64,000 bases of DNA, from contig DATNMO010000007.1 of assembly GCA_035602245.1 (NCBI GenBank), forward strand, positions 5,981 to 69,980, read 5' to 3'. The notes beneath the pieces are model-generated. The model ran no database searches. It was not told the DNA's origin and saw nothing but the letters and a program-made list of their open reading frames with translations. This stretch comes from Gemmatimonadales bacterium. Its GTDB lineage: Bacteria > Gemmatimonadota > Gemmatimonadetes > Gemmatimonadales > GWC2-71-9. The position numbers and the translations under genes are program-made. This document shows, piece by piece, positions 58,475-64,000 of this stretch (its first letter is position 1; every line of letters starts with the position of its first letter).

Positions 58475-59667
58475 GCCGCGGGTGACAAGCGCGAGCGCAG
58501 CCGCGCGGTGAGGGTGGGGCCGAGGTAGAGGTCGGCCACGCGGTCGTCGAACACGAGCTGGCGGACCGTGCCGGCGACCTGTACCCGGCCTTCGAACATG
58601 ATGTAGGCCCGATCAACGATATCCAGCGTCTGCTCCACGTTGTGGTCGGTGATGAGGACGCCGATGCCGCGATGCCGCAGGCCGGCGACGATGGTCTGGA
58701 TGTCGTGTACGGCGATCGGATCGACGCCCGCAAACGGCTCGTCGAGGAGCAGGAACTTGGGTTCGGTCACGAGCGCGCGCGTGATCTCGAGCCGCCGCCG
58801 CTCGCCGCCGGAGAGCTGATACGCCTTCTGTTGGCGCAGGTGTTTGATCGCCAGTTCGTCGAGCAGAGACTCCAGGCGCCGCTTCCGCTCCTCCTCGTCG
58901 ATGTTCTGCGTCTCGAGAATGGCCAGCACATTCTCCTCGACGCTGAGCTTGCGAAACACCGAGGGTTCCTGCGCCAGGTAGCCGATGCCGGCGCGTGCGC
59001 GCTGGTACATCGGGAGCGTCGTGATCTCCCGGCCATCGAGCCGGATCTTGCCCTCTTCGGGCCGGATCAGCCCGGTGATCATGTAAAACGTCGTGGTCTT
59101 CCCCGCCCCGTTCGGCCCCAGCAGGCCCACGATCTCGCCCTGGGCGAGTTCGACGGAGACGTTGTTGACGACCCGGCGGCCTTTATACGCCTTGACCAGG
59201 TTCTGCGCCTCGAGCCGGCTTCCCCCCCGCACCACCGGGTGCTCCCCGCTCACTGCTTCGCTGCGGGAGACGGTCTGCTCGGCGAGCTCCAGGAAGCGGC
59301 GCGCGGCCGCGTCACGCGCGGGGGGCATGCTCGCCCACACGTCTGGCGCGAAGGCGACCGGCGCCTCGCCCCACAGGGAACCGATCGGCAGCACGAGCAC
59401 CTTGAGCATGGCCAGCCGCGGCAGCACCGATGTTGCGAGATACGCGCGCGCATCGTCCACCGAGAGGTGGCCGGCGTCGGGCAGCTTCGCGCCCTTGGTG
59501 TCCGCGCGCAGCTTGAGGAATTCCTCCCGGTACGCGACGGCAAGGTCGCCAAACGTGGCGCGGCCCTGGTCGTCAGCGATGCGCGCGAGCGCGGCTGCCG
59601 CGAGCGCGAGCGACGAGTCGCGCGTGGCGAACAGCTCGGTAAACCGCTCGGGAGGAGAGGCCGTCAT
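58471..59667 (-). CDS. lptB: LPS export ABC ATPase LptB with an unrecognised ~150-aa N-terminal extension
   Basis: C-terminal 245 aa carry Walker A GPNGAGKTT, LSGGERRRLEI and LLLDEPFAGVDP. The ORF starts at ATG 59667 in an ATGA overlap with the lptA-like stop. The extension has high GC3 codons and no in-frame stop. Confidence 0.8.
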   Translation of the reverse strand: MTASPPERFTELFATRDSSLALAAAALARIADDQGRATFGDLAVAYREEFLKLRADTKGAKLPDAGHLSVDDARAYLATSVLPRLAMLKVLVLPIGSLWGEAPVAFAPDVWASMPPARDAAARRFLELAEQTVSRSEAVSGEHPVVRGGSRLEAQNLVKAYKGRRVVNNVSVELAQGEIVGLLGPNGAGKTTTFYMITGLIRPEEGKIRLDGREITTLPMYQRARAGIGYLAQEPSVFRKLSVEENVLAILETQNIDEEERKRRLESLLDELAIKHLRQQKAYQLSGGERRRLEITRALVTEPKFLLLDEPFAGVDPIAVHDIQTIVAGLRHRGIGVLITDHNVEQTLDIVDRAYIMFEGRVQVAGTVRQLVFDDRVADLYLGPTLTARLRSRLSPAA

Positions 59668-61019
59668 GGGATCGGCGGAGGGGGTGGGGCCACGGGGGGG
59701 GGCGTCGCCGTACGGGTGCTGTCGGCCGCCACGGCGGGCCGGGGCTCGAGATTGACGCCGTCCGCCTTGCCGGCCACCACGACACGCTCGATCCGGTCGC
59801 GCTTCATCGCGACCGCGATCTGTGCGCCGCGGGAGTAGTTGATCGCCGGCCCGGCAGTGGAATCGCGGGTGTTGTAATTGTGCGTCAGCGCGCGCGCCGA
59901 GCCGCGAGCGAGGACCTGCCGCAGGCGGGATTGCTCGTGGCCGGCGGAGTCCTGTTCCTGCGCGAAGTGCGCCGTGAGGGTATCGCCGCTGATCCAGTCG
60001 GTGTCGGCCGCGTGGCTGGTCGAGTCCCGCTTGGCGGTGGAGAGCGCGTGGCCGAATGCCCGCGTTTCCGTCAGCACCTCGCCCGGCGAGTCGATCGCCA
60101 GCGAATCCGCCTGAATGGTGTTGAGCGTGGACACGGCGTTGGGGCGTGTGGAATCTCCCCACGCAAACGTCTGCTGCAGCATCCGGTCTGCGACGACCAG
60201 ATGAATGGTGTCAGCGGTCAGGACCCAGTCGGCGCCGGTGGCCTTCCCGTGTCCCAGGGCCTTCACGAGGCGCACCTCGCGCTGCTCCAGTGCCAGCTCG
60301 ATCCGCGTGCCCACGAGCCTGTAACCTTTCGCGCCTGTTCCCGGACGCCCTCTCCCCTCGACGCTGGGGCTGCCGACGAGGACGCCGAACCCCTGGATCT
60401 GATCGAGGAGCATCGAATCGGAGCGCGACACAAAGTCGCTGCGGTCCACGGTGACTTTCCCGCCCCCCCACATGCGGTCGTCCCCTTTGAAGCGGATCCG
60501 GTCGGCGACGATGATGTAGGGCTCGGCCGAGTCGCCGCCCTCCGCACGATACTCGACCGTGGGACGGGACGTGGCGTACATCTCGACCGTATCGCGAATG
60601 CCCTTGGCGGCGCGCCAATACCGGAGATTCGGTCCGCGCAGCACGGAGCCTGTGCGCCGGTTCACGGCCACGACTCTGTTGTGCGCCTCGAGCCGCTCGT
60701 CGCGGAGAAAGTAGGATGCGTAGTTCGCGTCTAGTGCGAGCCCGGTATCGCGGATCCGCACGCGGCCGATGAGGTCGAGCCGCCCCAGCGCCGTGTAGTG
60801 CGCGAAGCTATCGGCCGAGATCGTGCTGTTCGTTCCATCACAATGCGCCAGCACGCCGCCGCCGCCGTGCAACGTCTTCAGCCCGGCCGCATCCGTGATT
60901 TCGTGGTAGTGTCCCATCGAATCGATGGCGACTCGGCAGGGCCGCCCCCCGGCCGTATCGGGCGGGGCTCCCTGCTGCAGTAGCAGCGCAACGACGAGGA
61001 GGGACGCGGTCGGCATCAT
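59664..61019 (-). CDS. lptA: Large OstA/LptA-like periplasmic protein (451 aa) with Pro-rich C-terminus
   Basis: Signal peptide and repeated OstA-type beta-jellyroll-like strands. Position between lptC and lptB. Tail TPPPVAPPPPPIP. Confidence 0.65.
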   Translation of the reverse strand: MMPTASLLVVALLLQQGAPPDTAGGRPCRVAIDSMGHYHEITDAAGLKTLHGGGGVLAHCDGTNSTISADSFAHYTALGRLDLIGRVRIRDTGLALDANYASYFLRDERLEAHNRVVAVNRRTGSVLRGPNLRYWRAAKGIRDTVEMYATSRPTVEYRAEGGDSAEPYIIVADRIRFKGDDRMWGGGKVTVDRSDFVSRSDSMLLDQIQGFGVLVGSPSVEGRGRPGTGAKGYRLVGTRIELALEQREVRLVKALGHGKATGADWVLTADTIHLVVADRMLQQTFAWGDSTRPNAVSTLNTIQADSLAIDSPGEVLTETRAFGHALSTAKRDSTSHAADTDWISGDTLTAHFAQEQDSAGHEQSRLRQVLARGSARALTHNYNTRDSTAGPAINYSRGAQIAVAMKRDRIERVVVAGKADGVNLEPRPAVAADSTRTATPPPVAPPPPPIP

Positions 61020-61594
61020 TGATTCGGAAGGATGAACTGTCCGCCCGTGCCCCGTGGATGCTTGGCGGTGACGTTTTTGAACTCGGGGTCCGACGTGAAC
61101 CCTTCACCTTCGATGTGCCGGTCCGGCGCGTCGAACACGAAGGCCTTGTCGGAGGTCACTTCATTGCGCGCCTGGTTGTAATTCATCGCCTCGGTCCGCA
61201 TCGTGCCGCCGTCCTTGTTGCGAACGACGACCACGTTGCCGCGCGCCTCCATGTCGCCCGTGCGCCAGTGATGCGTCCCCTCCCGGGCGGTGAGCGTCGA
61301 GGTCGCGATGCCGATCGCGTCGTAGAACGTCACGTGGAGATTGCGGAGCTCGGCCCGCTGCGTGCCGGAAAAAAAATACGCGGTGTCCGCGCGGACCCGG
61401 GCACGCTGCACGCCCGCTTCCGTCACATAGTGGGTCATGCCGATCAGCACCTGGTCGGCGCTGTCCAGGGCAGCCTGGGTCGCCGTCACGGGCGTGCCGC
61501 TCTTGCAGGCAGCGACGAGGAGCAGCAGGAGACCGCGGCTGACCCCGGGGCGGCGCCCCGGGGTTAGCCGAGACCCGAATCTGTTCGAGCTCAC
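61016..61594 (-). CDS. lptC: LptC-like protein (lipoprotein-type signal)
   Basis: LLLLLVAAC lipobox-like signal, LptC-like beta-jellyroll length, synteny kdsD-lptC-lptA-lptB. Confidence 0.7.
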   Translation of the reverse strand: MSSNRFGSRLTPGRRPGVSRGLLLLLVAACKSGTPVTATQAALDSADQVLIGMTHYVTEAGVQRARVRADTAYFFSGTQRAELRNLHVTFYDAIGIATSTLTAREGTHHWRTGDMEARGNVVVVRNKDGGTMRTEAMNYNQARNEVTSDKAFVFDAPDRHIEGEGFTSDPEFKNVTAKHPRGTGGQFILPNQ

Positions 61595-62577
61595 ACGGCA
61601 CCCGCTTTCATCAAGTCATGCAGATGCACGATCCCCACCACCTGCTTTCCCCCGTCGAGCACCGGCAGCGCCATGATACCGTGGCGTTCCATGACACTCA
61701 CCGCCGCGCCGGCGAGGTCCTCGGGTGTCGCAACCTTCGGTGTCTTCGTCATGACATCGCCGACGGGTATGTCGAGAAAGTTGTCCGTGCGCTCCATCAG
61801 GCGCGTGAGATCTCCAGCCGTGACGACGCCCGCGAGCGTACCCTTGCCATTCCGATCCACGACGACCACGGTGCCGCGCTTCTCGGCAAGCAGCACCACG
61901 CACTCACGCATCGGGCGGTCGGGCGTGAGGGTGGGAAGGTCCTGGGTGAGCATCACGTCCGCGACGCGCAGCAGCAGCTTGCGGCCCAACGCACCGCCCG
62001 GGTGGAGGGCGGCGAAGTCTTCGCGGCGGAACCCTTTCACCTCGAGCAACGTCACGGCGAGGGCGTCGCCGAGGGCGAGCGCGACGGTGGTGCTGGCCGT
62101 GGGCGCCAGGGTTTCGGGACAAGCTTCATCGACTACGGACGCGTCGAGGACGACGGTCGCCTGGCGGCCGAGCGGCGAGTCGGCTTCGCCGGTGAGGGCG
62201 ATGAGCGGTACGCCCAGGCGCTTGAGCTGGTTGACGAGGCCGAACAGCTCGTCGGACGCGCCGCTCTTCGAGAGCACGATCGCCACGTCGTCCCGGCTCA
62301 CGATCCCGAGGTCGCCGTGCAGCGAGTCCACCGGATGCAGGAACGTGGCCGGTGTGCCCGTCGACGTGAAGGTCGCCGCGATCTTGCGGGCGATCAGTCC
62401 CGATTTGCCGACGCCCGAGACGATGACGCGGCCCTTGGCCTGGGCGAGGATGTCGATCGCGCGGCCGAACGCCGGCCCCAACGTGTCGGCGAGGCGCTGC
62501 ACGGCAGCGGCCTCCAGGGCGAGCACGCGTTTGCCGCGATCGACGAGCTGCTGGGCAGCAGAAGCGACTTCACGCAC
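61591..62577 (-). CDS. kdsD: Arabinose-5-phosphate isomerase KdsD/KpsF
   Basis: SIS domain VSGVGKSG plus tandem CBS domains. A GTG start at 62577 overlaps kdsA by 8 nt. Confidence 0.88.
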   Translation of the reverse strand: MREVASAAQQLVDRGKRVLALEAAAVQRLADTLGPAFGRAIDILAQAKGRVIVSGVGKSGLIARKIAATFTSTGTPATFLHPVDSLHGDLGIVSRDDVAIVLSKSGASDELFGLVNQLKRLGVPLIALTGEADSPLGRQATVVLDASVVDEACPETLAPTASTTVALALGDALAVTLLEVKGFRREDFAALHPGGALGRKLLLRVADVMLTQDLPTLTPDRPMRECVVLLAEKRGTVVVVDRNGKGTLAGVVTAGDLTRLMERTDNFLDIPVGDVMTKTPKVATPEDLAGAAVSVMERHGIMALPVLDGGKQVVGIVHLHDLMKAGAV

Positions 62578-63394
62578 GGACGGTCTCCCCCCCTCGGGCG
62601 CGCTGCCAGATGTCGACGGCGAGGCCCACGATCCCGGCGAGCTGATCGAGCGGCACCATGTTGGGGCCGTCGGAGGGTGCGCGGGATGGGTCGGGGTGCG
62701 TCTCGATGAAGAAGCCGTCAGCCCCGGCGGCCGCGGCGGCATACAGGAGCGGCGGAATGAACGCACGCTGGCCGCCACTCGAGCCGTCGGCGCCCTGCCC
62801 CGGCTGCTGGACCGAATGCGTGGCATCGAAGATCACGGGCGCGTTGCAGGCCGCGCGCAACCGTGGGAAGCTGCGCATGTCCACCACCAGGTCGCCGTAG
62901 CCGAAGAACGTGCCCCGCTCCGTCACCGCGACTTCCGGCGCTCCGCCGGCGCGGACTTTCTCGACGGCGCCCCGCATATCCTCGGGGGCCATCCACTGGC
63001 CCTTCTTGATGTTCACAGGCCGGCCAGCCTTCCCCGCGGCCACGAGCAGGTCGGTCTGGCGACAGAGGAATGCGGGGATCTGCAGCACATCCGCGACGCG
63101 CGCAGCGGCGGTGACCTGGTCTGGCTGGTGGACGTCGGTGAGGATCGGAAGCCCGGTGGCGGCGCGGACCTTCTCGAGCGCGCGCAGGCCGGCTTCGAGG
63201 CCGGGCCCGCGCGGCGCCTTCAGCCGCGAGCGGTTGGCCTTGTCGTACGAGGCCTTGTAGATGACGACGATGCCGAGCTTGACCGCAACCTCGGCCAGCG
63301 CCTCACCGACGCGCACGTTGAGGTCGTCGGTTTCGACGACGCACGGCCCCGCGATGAGAAACGGGGCGGCCCCCCCGCCGAACCGCTGGGCCAT
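62570..63394 (-). CDS. kdsA: 3-deoxy-8-phosphooctulonate (KDO-8-P) synthase
   Basis: FLIAGPCVVE, KASYDKANRS, DATHSVQ. Confidence 0.92.
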   Translation of the reverse strand: MAQRFGGGAAPFLIAGPCVVETDDLNVRVGEALAEVAVKLGIVVIYKASYDKANRSRLKAPRGPGLEAGLRALEKVRAATGLPILTDVHQPDQVTAAARVADVLQIPAFLCRQTDLLVAAGKAGRPVNIKKGQWMAPEDMRGAVEKVRAGGAPEVAVTERGTFFGYGDLVVDMRSFPRLRAACNAPVIFDATHSVQQPGQGADGSSGGQRAFIPPLLYAAAAAGADGFFIETHPDPSRAPSDGPNMVPLDQLAGIVGLAVDIWQRARGGETVRA

Positions 63395-63395
63395 G

Positions 63396-64000
63396 TCAGT
63401 CGGTGAGCTCGGCGAGCGCGCGCGAGGTCCCGGCGGCGCTGTCGGCGCGGGGCTGCCGCTTCCGGTGATCCAACGCGGCGCCCACGAACCCGGCGAACAG
63501 CGGGTGCGGGCGCATGGGCCGCGATTTGAGCTCGGGGTGGAACTGGCAGCCGATGAACCAGGGATGATCCGGGAGCTCGATCATCTCGACCAGCGAGCCG
63601 TCGGGCGACAGTCCCGAGCAGCGCATGCCATACTCGGCGAGCACGTCGCGGTAGGCGTTCGACACCTCGTAGCGGTGCCGGTGGCGTTCGCTCACCTCGG
63701 CGGCGTTGTACGCCTGCGCCACGCGCGACCCGGGCCGCAGCCGGCAAGGGTAAGCGCCGAGCCGCATCGTCCCGCCCATCTCTTGAATCCCTTCCTGGGA
63801 TCGCATCAGGGCGATCACCGGGTTCTCGCACTCGGGCTCGAACTCGCTCGAGTTCGTGTCCGGAATCTTGCAGACGTTACGGGCGAATTCGATGATCGCC
63901 GTCTGCAGGCCGAGGCAGATGCCGAAGAACGGCACCTTGTGCTCGCGCACCCAACGGATGGCCTCGAGCATGCCTTCGACGCCCCGCACGCCAAAGCCGC
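63396..64000 (-). CDS. pyrG: CTP synthase, C-terminal glutamine-amidotransferase part (continues beyond the window)
   Basis: [19 protein letters not shown] catalytic Cys, HRHRYEV. Confidence 0.92.
   Translation of the reverse strand, partial: GFGVRGVEGMLEAIRWVREHKVPFFGICLGLQTAIIEFARNVCKIPDTNSSEFEPECENPVIALMRSQEGIQEMGGTMRLGAYPCRLRPGSRVAQAYNAAEVSERHRHRYEVSNAYRDVLAEYGMRCSGLSPDGSLVEMIELPDHPWFIGCQFHPELKSRPMRPHPLFAGFVGAALDHRKRQPRADSAAGTSRALAELTD

Noticed and set aside
50808-63406. Alternative-frame or antisense ORFs in the right arm (51322-53085, 55783-56889, 57311-58528, 61618-62709, 61673-63406)
   Set aside because: They are shadows of YfhO, GT2, rpoN, kdsD and kdsA. The real frames carry Walker, RpoN-box, SIS or KDO8PS motifs and these do not.

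Overview
High-GC (roughly 65-70% by eye) bacterial chromosomal window, densely packed with housekeeping and cell-envelope genes of a diderm, LPS-making organism. The gene content (LpxC-FabZ fusion, PorV-like barrel, BshC, YfhO-type GT-C, MJ0042 zinc ribbon) suggests an FCB-group lineage such as Gemmatimonadota, but this is inference only because no database search was possible. I call about 66 CDS, 2 tRNAs (Gly-CCC, Arg-CCT) and a complete 5S rRNA that is preceded by only the last ~370 nt of 23S rRNA. Every gene from nt 948 to 49229 is on the + strand, and almost every gene from 49296 to the window end is on the - strand. The two blocks converge on a 66-nt AT-rich spacer that carries a 28-bp dif-like XerC/XerD site (49239-49266). 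This is probably the replication terminus and is the strongest non-genic signal here. Between a sigma70-like promoter (5957-5985) and a hairpin at 38417-38442 lie 29 co-directional genes with no gap longer than 35 nt and 16 ATGA/GTGA/TGATG start-stop overlaps. This block includes a lol-mcsA-mcsB-clpC-bamA-skp-lpxD-lpxC/fabZ-lpxA-(gnnA-like)-lpxB-DUF374-lpxK envelope super-cluster. The right arm carries pyrG-kdsA-kdsD-lptC-lptA-lptB-rpoN followed by a polyprenyl-phosphate-sugar / flippase-like / YfhO (GT-C) glycosylation cluster. I saw no CRISPR array, transposase, integrase, prophage or recognisable defence system. The best candidates for something undescribed are listed here.
- LptB carries an unrecognised ~150-aa N-terminal domain and sits next to a 451-aa LptA-like protein.
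- A YfhO-type periplasmic glycosylation cluster lies next to the Lpt genes, and its GT4 gene contains a G12 tract.
- A ctsR-less McsA/McsB/ClpC phospho-arginine module is wired into an outer-membrane biogenesis operon.
- The lpxD/lpxC junction lacks a start codon.
- Tandem paralogous TPR/beta-sandwich exported proteins flank a tRNA.
All family calls rest on motifs I recognised by eye in the supplied translations. No BLAST, HMM or statistics were run.
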